A DNA stretch of 64,000 nt from positions 15,314,001 to 15,378,000 of the forward strand of contig CM060731.1 in the NCBI GenBank assembly GCA_030704615.1. Reading direction: 5' to 3'. Position 1 is the first letter of the stretch, and every line of letters begins with the position of its first letter. Origin of the DNA: Takakia lepidozioides (lineage: Eukaryota > Plantae > Bryophyta). Below the pieces are notes generated by a model, which searched no databases, was not told the origin of the DNA, and was given only the letters and a program-made list of their open reading frames with translations. This document shows positions 11,621 through 22,475 of this stretch, piece after piece. Both the position numbers and the translations under genes were made by a program.

Positions 11621-12519
11621 TTTCTTTAAAAAAATTAAGAAATATTAATAATTGGCCACGCCTGTATTACACCGTGGCTGCCATGTCATTACAAAGGGTA
11701 GAAGTAAATCGTAAAAATCAAATGTAAAAAAAAATTACATGGGTAACCATCCGGATTCGACGTGACGTGACGCATGTCATACGTGACGGCCGACGTGTCA
11801 GCGCCACATCACGTCAGGAATGATAACTAGGATTAGAGCAACGTGACAATTTCTACCTGATACGTTGCGAGACCATTGTCAACCGTGTCATTTAAAGCAC
11901 AGCCCATAGGGCGTTTTCTTCTTAAGGCCAAGCACTCCTTGCTTGGCTTCACTTTGAATAGCGATCGGATGTTGAGGTGAGGAACAGGCAGACCGTTGTC
12001 TGCAGTCATTTAATCGGCCCCTAGATGTTCGAACGGACGACTGGAATCGCACGTCTTCGACTGCTGCTCCTTGTAGGTGCCCTAGTCGTATAAACTCCTG
12101 AGCGGTTTGGCTTCATGGACGGCGCAGACTCTTCCATTTGCGGGCCATACCAGTAGCTGTGCCGATGTTTTGTCATTTCTGCTTGGCAGTGGATTTTCCT
12201 CTAAGACCACAATACATACTTGTATTTCTGTAGAATGTGTGGAGGATTATATAATTCGTTGTTATATGGTTCACAAATAACCAAATAATTATAGATATAT
12301 CTCTTTATTTCTATTATATATTATATTTATTCATATATCTTATATTATTTCTGGACCAAACAAAAATCCAGAATTGGTTAAAATAGTTTTTGTCCCAAAC
12401 CACGGGGCCCCAGCCTTGGTGCTTGGTACCATTGGAAAACCCTCGGTGAGGAGGGGTGCACGGGCTCGGTCTCATGATTTTTAGACCTGCGGTGTGGAAG
12501 ATGTCAAATTTCAAGTATT

Positions 12520-12604
12520 TGTCGTGCACCTAAGCATCGTGCCACAACATACATCACTGTCCACCATACATTCTAAGCAGACAATCCTAGAAAGCTATGC
12601 CACA
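12520..12604. repeat. 85-bp TG...CA element (mini-LTR-like), copy 1
   Basis: TGTCGTGCACC...GCTATGCCACA, near-identical (about 3 mismatches) to 20060-20144. Confidence 0.65.
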
Positions 12605-12606
12605 AT

Positions 12607-14108
12607 TACCAATCTGGTCTTCCCTAGGCATAAAAGGTTGTGCAGGTGGGGTTTGAACCTCAAGCCTTGGAGCTGGCGCAACATGAGTAGTGGCCATGGC
12701 AGCAAGACGTTGCTCTAGCTGGGCAAGTCTATCCACCATGCCTTGGTCATGACCTTGACCCTGACCCTGTGCTCCTTGGTTTTGGTTACGTCCTCCACCC
12801 CGACCTCTGCCTCCTCTACCTCTCTGGACTACATTGCCTCGTCTTCGGCCACCATTGTTCCGTTGGAACTGGCCTGGCTGTAGCTCAGGATGCAAGTCAT
12901 AACAATGGGTCTCTTCATGCCCACATTGTAGTCGTGTAGGTTGTTCCTGTGCCGGCCCTTTGCGTCTCTCCGGGCAATCTCTCTTAACATGGGGTCCTTC
13001 ACAATCCCAACATGTCACACCCGACTGTTGTTGGCCTGAGAATGAAGGAAAAGACCTCTGCATCTGAGATCCTCTCTGTCCTTCCCTCGGCTTCACCTGA
13101 GCCCCCTTGTTGCCTTGAACACGTTGGGGTAGTGGTTGTTGTTGGCTAGGAGCCCCACTTCGTTTGTGTCTCCTTGCCAAACCCCATCATAACCACTCGC
13201 TCCTCCACCATATTGAGCTCTATCCGCTCTGCTAGCAAAAACACATTTGCTAGGATGGGTTGGTCCACTTGTAGGAGAATTGCATCTCGCACCCTTCTCC
13301 TCAGCTCCTTGTCCAATATCTCATACCAAAGTTGGACTGCCTGAGCTTCCGTAACCCCTTGGGTTACATTTATCAAGCGCCTCATGCGGGTGTAAGCCTC
13401 CCTCAAACTCTCAGTAGACCTTCGTTGGAACTCTTGCAAGCTCCGCAACTTCTCTGTTCTTATCCCTTGGTAGTTTCTCTTCAACTCCTCGAAGAACTCC
13501 ACAACTGGGTTAAAGGCAGGCACGGGTGTTGGTGCTGCAGCAGGAGCTTGAGTGGATTTCCCAGCTCCTGTACCACTTGTCCCACTACTAGTGCTTGCAG
13601 TTGGAGATGTTTGTGTAGCTGCTAGTGTCGCCGCTGCCCTTGTGCTTCTAGTGATGGAGACATAGTTAGGTGACCAATACTCTCGCCACTCCTCAATCTC
13701 CACCGCATGTCCCCATCTAAATTCATGGTAATCATCCATGGGCGGCCCCTCAAGGTGCTGAAACAACCCCTTCCACGCCATAAAAGGCGTAAACAGTTGT
13801 GGATTGCGCATCTGCTGCAAATCACACCAACTATCAAACTCTTGTATGAAATCATCAAGCTCGATGGTGCCCACAGCTCCAGAGTACCGACGTGGCCCCT
13901 TGGTAGCTCCATACATTTCCTCCATCGTATCCCACAACAATGGCACGGAAATGACTTGCACCCTCGGCGAGAATCCTCCTAACTCTGAGTCTGAACCTTC
14001 CTCAGAAGACACTGAAGGTGAAGGTGGCCTAAACCGCACACCTCGTCTTGTATACCCACTAGTATTGCTGGTGCTCGTACCGGCACTCTCCTCAACAACT
14101 GGTGGCAC
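12607..14108 (-). pseudogene. gag: LTR-retrotransposon gag with zinc knuckle (frameshifted, 3'-truncated)
   Basis: Gag core FFEELKRNYQG..LQEFQRRSTESLREAYTRMRRL in ORF 13146-14108. CWDCEGPHVKRDC knuckle and RGG-rich tail in ORF 12587-13180. Confidence 0.8.
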
Positions 14109-14190
14109 CCTCGTGATGAAAACTCACAACCACACATGTTGTAAACTTGTCTGTAATCCCCCTTTCCACAAGGTAACCGGGTAGAGAACC

Positions 14191-15149
14191 TGTTGCAGCT
14201 TATGGCTTAGACTACTAGGTTCGTAACATAAACCTATACCTGCATTTACCGCAAGCACTCATATGGTCTGCTGGTCATCAACCCAGTCTCACCATAAGAT
14301 AAACAATGATGGTCTGATTGGTCATCACCCCAGCCTCACCACCGATAGCATGCTCTAGGATTGGCCGGTGATCAAATCCGGACCAACCTCCTATGAAAAC
14401 AAGCGCCCACACAAAACTGACATGACGCACAGTCAAGCATGCAAGTGTGGGGGGGCTCCAAACACAAGAAAATCAAGACAGTAACTCCCCCACACAAAAA
14501 AAAACACTCCACAGTGTCGCTCCTGCAAGGACACCCCAACCCAAACCCGGACTGACTCTTGCCTCCACCTACGGAAAGGTTTTGGCCTACATAGAGGGTG
14601 GAAGACTACGGGGAAGAGAGACTAAAGAAATTCCTAATCCCAGATTGCTCTCATCCCACTAGTCTCCCCCTATCTCTAAACGCTCTTGTTCATGACCAAC
14701 AAACAGAACTACCTTCCAAGGTCTCTCAAATAATCTCACTAAGGCTCTCGCCAAATATTGGTCTTCAAAGACCCCCAATAGTCCTCCAAACAGTCATCCA
14801 AACACCCCTTCAAGAGCTCTTCAAGTGTCTTACAAAAGCTCCTCAAAGGAACCCCCAAAGATCCTCCAAAGGCAATACTCCTCCAGATACACCCTAGATG
14901 GCATACACTTTTAATGAAAACGTATGGTAGGCAAAGTCTCTCCACTTGTATCCATACCTTGTTCACAAAATTGTATGGTGGGGCAGAGGGAGCCCATACA
15001 CTATATACGTTGGGCAGAGGGGGCCCATACACTGTTCACAAAAGTGTATGATGGGCAGAGGGAGCCCATACACAGTTTCTTGAAGAGTATGGAGACTAGG
15101 GTTTGTAGAGTATAGTAAGAAACACCTTCTTCATGATATCTTCCCCCCT
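14191..15149 (-). mobile_element. Probable LTR (~950 bp) preceded by a polypurine tract
   Basis: Minus strand AGGGGGGAAGA (15139-15149), then TATCATG (degenerate TGTCATG)...GCAACA at 14191. Internal GGGCAGAGGGAGCCCATACAC repeats. Boundaries approximate. Confidence 0.4.
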
Positions 15150-16525
15150 AACATGCATGCAAGATTGCATTATCTCTACTTTGCAATGCATTCATCCCAA
15201 ATTGACAAGTTTCTCTTGATCTCCTTGGAACTCATAGCAAGCTAATGTGCCCAATGACAAGCACCAAGCCTTGCTTGAAATTTGAATTTGGTATGCCATC
15301 TTCCATGTGCTTTCCCTTGCATGGGCTAGTCACACACACTTCCACCTCTTGACCTAGGTGTTGTCTTCATTCATCATAATGTGTATCCACACCTCTATTC
15401 AAGAGCTCATCTTCTAAAACTTGAAGTCACAAGCCCTAAAGAGCATGCTCCACATAAGCATCATCCACCACAAAACTTAAGCAAAAAGGGAATGAATACA
15501 TTAGCTTCACCTTCCCTTCCTTGTCTTGTCACATGCTAATGTATGGTTGAAGTTGCTATGCATGCCGTGAGCCACAATCTCCTTTCTTCATGAAGACCAC
15601 CTCCAATGAACTCCCACATGTGCTCCAAGCTCTTCAATACTCTAGGCTTGGTTTCACATCATCATGGATAGAATTCTCACCCACAAGCTTCCTTTTGGAG
15701 TCATCTTGAGCTTCTTGATGCTCTCCAAGTGGTTGCTTTTGTTGTCTTCAAGCCCTAGCCTATGTAGCTCCTTGGCTTTTCTTCCACAACATGCACCACC
15801 TCATGCACAAGGAATGAACTTGCTCACTTCACCTTCTAGCTCTCCTCAAGCTTGAATTGGAAGCCACACTTGGAAAGCATGCTCCACACATGCGCCACTT
15901 GCTTGGTCAATCACTTGCTTCACCAAGAGCAATCCTTGAACTCATAGAACTAGCAAAAACACTCTCTTCTAGCGCCGCCTTCGCTTGCTTGTTTATCAAC
16001 CAAATGAAACCCCACTTGGCTTCATTTCACCATGGATAGAACAACCACTTCTTAGCTTCTCTTGAGCTACTCAATGCTCCTCAAGCTACCCTTGTTGTAC
16101 TCCTTCTATGGTGTTTCCAATCCAAACATGTGCCGCTCTTTGGCTTCTCTTTCACACCATGAACAAGTACTAGAGCTTGTTCTTGAAACCTTGTGTTTAT
16201 CTTCTCCACACACAAGACGCTTCTCTTGTGATGCAAGAGCTCTTTTCCAAGCTCTCAAACCCTTAGTGCACACACACTTACCTTGCAAAACCATGCAAGC
16301 TTTGTGATACAATAGCTCTCTCCTTAAGCTCTCCACCTCTGCAAAGTCTTGTAACTCAAGAGCTCTATCCTTGAGCTCTCCACCTCTTTTATGCAATGCA
16401 GAAACACTCCTCCTTGTAGCACCTTGCAAGCCTTGTGAGATACTTGAGCTTTCCTAGCTCTCTCACTCCTTGGTGTACACCAACACAAGTGCTAAAACTA
16501 ATCCTTACACTCCGCACTCACAAGC
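15150..16525 (-). mobile_element. Degenerate LTR-element internal region with a coiled-coil ORF remnant
   Basis: Strand-skewed sequence upstream of the PPT. ORF 16106-16429 contains ELKDRALELQDFAEVESLRRELL. 16480-16525 resembles 18745-18790. Confidence 0.4.
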
Positions 16526-16529
16526 ATAA

Positions 16530-18351
16530 GGTGCGGTCTTGGATTGGATCGGCAGTGCTATTGGATGTAGCAGCGGTGGGATCACGAGCTCATCGACCTC
16601 GATTGTGGTGGACCAATCTTGCACCACCAAAGCTGCTCAAGAGAGCATACGATTCCATTCAATGGCCACCCAATCTCACAGTTGAGGGCATTTTGGACCA
16701 AGGGAGGCAACCATAGAGGGTGCGACATGATGACCGTCCACCTCTAGCAGTGGTAAATCGAGTGGGGCAGCCACGTGCGGCCTTGCCTAAGCTCATGAGC
16801 TTTCCCTCGTCTCATGCTTTTCGAGACAATGGTCCTGGGTTGATTTGGGACAGTGTGCTACAGCAATTGGTGGAGCCCAATGCAGATGAGCGAGAGCGGG
16901 CAATGGGATTTGCCACGGGCACTACAGCTGTGCCAGCTCTGTTAGAGGCATCACGCCGACATGTGTTGGGTCAAGCAATGGATCTAAATTGCTTGACATG
17001 GGTCATTGGCTTGTGCATGGTTGAGCAACGGAGGTTGCAGACAGTGGTGGCTACTTCTGCATTCCCATTTGGTATTGTATCCTCTCTGCCAACCGGGACG
17101 GTTGAGGCAGTGAGTGGGGGCGAGCACAATATCATGGGGTGCAAACACCCATGGCAGATGTGGGATGAGATGCGGAAAGAGAGAGTCTTTGGATCTCTCA
17201 AGCAGCAATATGAGGAGTGGGGAGAGCCATACACTGAGGATCAGTTGGAGGCCAAGGTGGCCAATGTTTTTGAAGAGGTTGAAAATGTTTCTTCCCCAGA
17301 GGATGTTCTCAAGGTGGTTATGGCAGAGCAAGTGGAGGCTACGCCACAGTCAGATTGGGCGGACAAGGCCCAAGAGGTTGTTATCTAGCAACCAAAGGAT
17401 TCGTCTCCTACCTCCAAGCCTAATGTATCCAAGGTTGCAATCACTGAGGACAATTGGGAACCAGATGTTGGACCTACAGTCACCGGAGGAGAGAGACGGA
17501 GCATCCAGCGATTTTTAAGGGCTTATAGAAATTGCTTTGCCTTCTGTTTGGAGGATTTGGGGAGTTTGAAGGGTCAGGAGATTCGTATTGATTTGGCAAG
17601 TGACACGCCAATCTTTCGAAGGCCCTACCGGTATAGTGACATGGAGAGGTCATTGATCCAGTCACGGACTATGGAGTTGTTCGAAGCTGGATTGGTGGAG
17701 TTGTCAGGCGGGGAGTATGCCTCGGCAACGGTGATGCCAGCTAAGAAGGATATCTATGGCAATTGGACAGAAAGAAGGATGTGTGGGGACTATCGTCATG
17801 TGAACCGTCAGACTAAGTCCGATAGATATGCCATGCCAACTCCAGAGGAAATCTTAGATGCCATTGGGCATGCGAAGGTGTTTAGTACATTGGACTTGCG
17901 ATCCGGTTACCACCAGTTGCCAATCAAAGAGGCTGACAAGCAAAAGACGGCATTCTGGGGGATTGACCAACATGAGAAGGATTGCTTGTACCAATGGCGC
18001 TTCCTACCGTTTGGGTTGAAGAATGCTCCTGCAGAGTTTCAGAGGGTTATGGATAGGATTCTCGCGGGGCTAGACTTTGCCCGGTGTTACTTTGATGACA
18101 TCATCGTCTTTAGTGCTACGGTTGAGGAGCATGAGAGACACCTTCAGGTGGTGTTTGAGCGCTTGAGAGCGCATGGGTTGAAATTGCACCCTGGGAAATG
18201 CAAGTTCTTCCACAACCAGATTGAGTATCTGGGCCACATGATATACCCTGGAGGATTGGGTGTTCAAAAGACGAAGGTGGAGGCCATTGCATGCATTCCA
18301 CGCCCCATAGATGTTAGCAGAGTTCGTGCTTTCATGGGGTTGACAAACTAC
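16530..18351 (+). mobile_element. pol: Ty3/Gypsy-type pol fragment: C-terminal half of a C5 DNA methyltransferase in frame with reverse transcriptase
   Basis: MTase motif VIII (DVAAVGSRAHRPRLWWTNL), IX (ERERAMGFATGTT) and X (RRHVLGQAMD). RT motifs RMCGDYR, LDLRSGYHQ, PFGLKNAP, YFDD and IEYLGH. ORFs 16435, 16720 and 17548 share one frame broken only by TAG at 16714 and 17386. Truncated after FMGLTNY. Confidence 0.9.
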
Positions 18352-18789
18352 CCTGCACTTGCCACTTCCATAGACATGCTCCTTCCAAGCTTGAGATTGA
18401 AACCCCAACTCAAAGCATGCTCTACAAATGCACTATCTTGCGCCAAAGAGAAATCAGATCTCTACCTTCACTCCTAGCTCTCCTAAGCTTGAAGTTGAAG
18501 ATCCCCACAAGCTGAAACCATGCTCCACACATGCACCGCTTGCTTGATTAACACCCGAGCTCTTCTAGAACTCCTAAAACCCTGCAACAACTTGCAGAAC
18601 AAGAACTATCGTCTCTAGCTCTCAAACTTTGCACTAGGGCCCTCCTTGAAAACCTCCACCTATGCATAAACACCACAAAGGACTTTCTTTGCAAACCCTA
18701 CAACACTTGTAACACAGAAGCTCTCTACCAAGCTCTCTTTAACACACAAGTGTTACCTATCCTAACACCTTGCACTCATAGATGTAAGC

Positions 18790-20057
18790 AGGTCTTCTTC
18801 TAGTGATACGGAAATGGTGAAAAGAGGTTAACCCACTCTATCACGTTATATAAGTCAAGCCAATGGCACTTTTGCTAAAAGACTCCACCATACAGACCTC
18901 CCCTATTCTCCATCTCAAGTACTAGAGCTATGGCGGCGAGAGAGGCCTCGGAAGGCTCGACTAGAAGAAGACGAGCCTTCCTACACATCACGTGGAGATA
19001 AGCCTCTCCACATCCTAAGTAAGATTCGCCACCTCACTTGGCACATGGAACCAAATGAAATCCCAATGCCAACTAAATACAAATATAAATGTATAAAGTC
19101 CTAATTAGCTAGAAATAATTATTTCTAACTAATCACAAACAAAACCATGACAAAGGTTCAGCAGTGAGTATCTCATCTTCACTGAGTATGCAAAAAAAAA
19201 AAAACGCAGTGAATCCATCCAGCTCCGTCCTCCCAGGTCGAACTTCATGTCTGCTAAGGGGTGAGAAATGAACCAGGGAAAAGACAAGTGTTGGGCCCAT
19301 TGCAAATCACGACTCCTCAGGAGGATTGGGTTGACGTTCCATTTTTTGTCGATGACGTCTCTGATTAACAAGGAATGTTTATCCACATCAATCATACATT
19401 GTAGTTTCAGATTACCTTCAGTAAAATCCATGCCCATAGGGTAAATGCATAGATGGGTGGATCAAAAACTATGTAGCATGCAGATCTTGCAGGTGACCTC
19501 CCTCCATGGTTTTACCCATATTTGTCCAACAACTCAATATTTCATCTAAATTTATATGTGATAGGGTTTCTAACTACAACTAGGGTAGCATGTGCCGTTG
19601 GCCCAAGTGTCCAGGGTCATATAAGCCCAAGTGCAATCTCCTATGCATTCAAGTGCGTCTCCTATGTCTAGGCCCAAGTATGACCTCTAGGGTAGCCTGT
19701 GCCGTTGGCCCAAATGTCCAATGTCATCTAAGTCATCCAAGTCTAATCATTTCTTTTCTACGGAATCTACGACCTGATTTGAACCGGAGACCTTTTCCTT
19801 GATATCTCTCCCGTCGAGGCTCCGATCATTGTGCCAGGAAAGCCCACTTTCATATTTTTTGCGACTACAAGAAGATGAGCCCTCCTCAACACTCACAAAG
19901 GGATAACCCATCCCCATGTCCCAAGTGAGGTTTGACACCTCACTTGGCATGTGAGACCAAATGAAGTCCCAACACACAAAATACAAATATAAATATCCAA
20001 AATGTCCTAGTTAACTAGAGTAGGTAATTCTAGTTAACCATGACTAAAACCATGACA
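18790..20057 (-). mobile_element. Two related LTR-like segments (~18790-19151 and ~19480-20057)
   Basis: Both end AAAACCATGACA on + (TGTCATGG.. on -) and share ~190 bp of similar sequence (..CACCTCACTTGGCA..ACCAAATGAA.TCCCAA..AATACAAATATAAAT..). Confidence 0.5.
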
Positions 20058-20059
20058 GC

Positions 20060-20156
20060 TGTCGTGCACCTAAGCATCGTGCCACAACATACATCAGTAT
20101 CCACCATACATTCTAAGCACACAATCCTAGAAAGCTATGCCACAATCGTCCCCCTT
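20060..20156 (-). repeat. 85-bp mini-LTR-like element, copy 2, with adjacent PPT-like tract
   Basis: Copy of 12520-12604; on the minus strand it is preceded by AAGGGGGACGAT (20145-20156). Confidence 0.6.
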
Positions 20157-20158
20157 GC

Positions 20159-20940
20159 TGTAACACCGGATAGCGCAAACCCTAGCTTGTGAACACGTGG
20201 GAACATTTGGGAACTCGTGGGAACGCATGGGAACATTGCCCCAGGGTTGGCAGCAGCACCATTGAGCCATTGGATGAAAGTCGGTGCTCCTGGATGAGAA
20301 TCGGTTGCAGTGAATGAAACTGCACCAGTGGATGAAATCGTGGCAGCAGATGAACTATCGCGTCATCGGATGAAATATCGCAGCAACGAATGAAATATTG
20401 GACCTGTGGATGAAATATCGCAGTTTTGGATGACATTTGGTCAGCAATGGATGAAAAATTGACTGCCAATGGATATTTTTGGAGCCTTTTGGGGGTTTGT
20501 TTGAAGGACTATTTGGGGTCTATTGAGGCCAATATCTAGCAGGTATTGGGGCCTGCTTTGAGGACTATTTGGGGTCTATTGAGGTCAATATCTAACAGGT
20601 ATTGGGGCCTGCTTTGAGGACTATTTGGGGTCTGTTGAGGCCAATATCTAACAGGTATTAGGGCCTGCTTTGAGGACTATTTGGGGTCTGTTGAGGTCAA
20701 TATCTAACAGGTATTGGGGCTTGCTTTGAGGACTATTTGGGGTCTATTGAGGCCAATATCTTGCAGGCTTGTGGAGCCTTCTTGGGGCTGTTTGAAGGAC
20801 TATTTGGGGTCCTTTGAGGCCAATGTTTTGCAGGCCTGTGGAGCCTTGTGAGGGCTGGTTGGAGGTCGATTGGAGGTCCTTAGAGGGCAGACTTGTGGAG
20901 CTTTTTGAGAGGCGGTTCAAAGAAGGCGCAAGGGATTACA
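20159..20940. mobile_element. LTR-like segment with internal ~52-bp tandem repeats
   Basis: Starts TGTAACA and ends ATTACA. GAGGACTATTTGGGGTCTRTTGAGGYCAATATCT..CAGGTATTGGGGCCTGCTTT repeats about 6 times (20505-20830). No matching TSD seen. Confidence 0.5.
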
Positions 20941-21163
20941 AGCTCTTCATTCGATTGCAGCCAAATCATCCTACGGATGGCTCAGTCATGAGAGCTAAAA
21001 CCATTGTTACGGACACAATGTCCTATGATGTGCTTGTTGGTGGGGCTGTGTTATATGCCATGGGATTTACTCTGGACTTTTGGGAGGAAACGACATCCTA
21101 CAGGCCGGAATGGCAGTCAGGGGATGGCCGACGTGCACTGCTCGCAGTGCAGTTTATTGGGAA
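20941..21163 (+). pseudogene. Retropepsin (aspartic protease) C-terminal fragment of pol
   Basis: AKTIVTDTMSYDVLVGGAVLYAMGFTLDF matches the retropepsin C-terminal D-hydrophobic-hydrophobic-x-G segment. Same strand as, and upstream of, the MTase N-terminus. Confidence 0.55.
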
Positions 21164-21701
21164 TGTAACGGTGGATTATAGTCTTACATTCCTAAGTCTT
21201 TTAGTTCCTACAGGCTCAAATAACCCTTCATAGTTCGATTTCTTTCTCTTCTTTGCACACCGTCTGTCTCCAGCTAATTCTCGGCCCACTCAACAATGTA
21301 AAAGCTCATAGACTCTGGGCAGATTATCACACAGTGCCAAGTAGAGCCCGCAGTGGCTCTTGCCATATTCCTGTCACACACTTGGTGCTCACAATGCATT
21401 TCATTCCAGTCATGTACAATTACATGATAGCACCTCACGCCAAACATCCGCTCGAGTCCCAGCAATCTAAAACTCCCTGGACAGGTACAATATGAATTCA
21501 CAATGATGACACATGGTACTGGAATATATCCAGTCCTCCTACCATGCACAATTCTCCCCCGTTCCAGTTCTGTTCTTCAATCTTACGACACTTTCTCAAT
21601 GCCTTTTCTTTATCCTTGTTCACAGCTCGTATCTGCAACTTTTCACACCAGGGAGAGAGAGAGAGAATCCTTAATCTTTTCTATATCACATCCTATTCAC
21701 A

Positions 21702-22115
21702 TGTAACCATGATCACATAGAGCCTGCCACCTCCTGCTTTATCATATGACACCCCCATTCTTCTCGCTAGACAGTTGTTGAACCGAGATGAACGCTTCAA
21801 CGCCTCGCTAAACCTGTCACAGGTTCGAGTTCCCAGAAATGTTATACATAGGAACATGATGACTACATTGGCTGCATTCTCAAGGGTGGTGGCTTGGGGT
21901 GGTGAGCTCTTGGAAGGCAATAGCCCCATGCAGATGATAGGCCACCACCTGATGAGGACAAACAATTGGTATACAAGGCTGATTTGCTTCCTCATGTGCC
22001 CGTGCATATTCCACTGTGAGGTACGGTTGGGAATTTGCATCGAGTAGCAGGCGAGTGTGTGCACCAAACATGGCAGAAGGCCTTTTCATTAGTGAGTGAT
22101 GGGAGTTCAGTTACA
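21702..22115. mobile_element. Solo LTR
   Basis: TGTAAC...GTTACA termini; flanks TCACA/TCACC (4/5 TSD match). Nested in another insert that starts TGTAACGG at 21164. Confidence 0.6.
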
Positions 22116-22475
22116 TCACCTGGACCTCCTTAGTTGACTCATTTGGACACAGTGCCCATTACCTGACAACTAACTGACTCAGGGATTTGTTTGCTAGACC
22201 CGTTTGGAGGCATGAGCACTGGGCTTGTAGGAGTGTTGCAAGCATGGATTAAAGTACGCAAGTACTTGTATGTGGAGAAGGATGAGATAACTTGGCGTAT
22301 TTCTATGCGCCACATTGCCTTGCTCATACAATGGTATCATGAATTGTTGTTTCTCTCAGCAATTCAAGGGTACCAAAAGGCCTTGGCAGCAGACATCACC
22401 TTGCAGGGGGCGGATGTTTTGGACCGGCATGGTTTCATTGACTTGGTGATAGCCGGATGGCCTTGCCAATAACAC

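Larger units (their letters stand above)
1..11831. mobile_element. Large cargo-carrying TIR DNA transposon (right part; left end lies upstream of the window)
   Basis: 11645-11831 closely matches the right end (25920-26103) of the TSD-bounded element at 22476-26103; both end ...GGAATGATAACTAGG. The same GCGACCGCC palindrome arrays and promoter-like module occur at 1108-2670 and 11060-11620. No left TIR or transposase is seen in the window. Confidence 0.75.

Noticed and set aside
21945-22000. CTGATGAG in a small LTR, suggesting a hammerhead ribozyme (retrozyme)
   Set aside because: No stem II followed by GAAA and no closing helices found.
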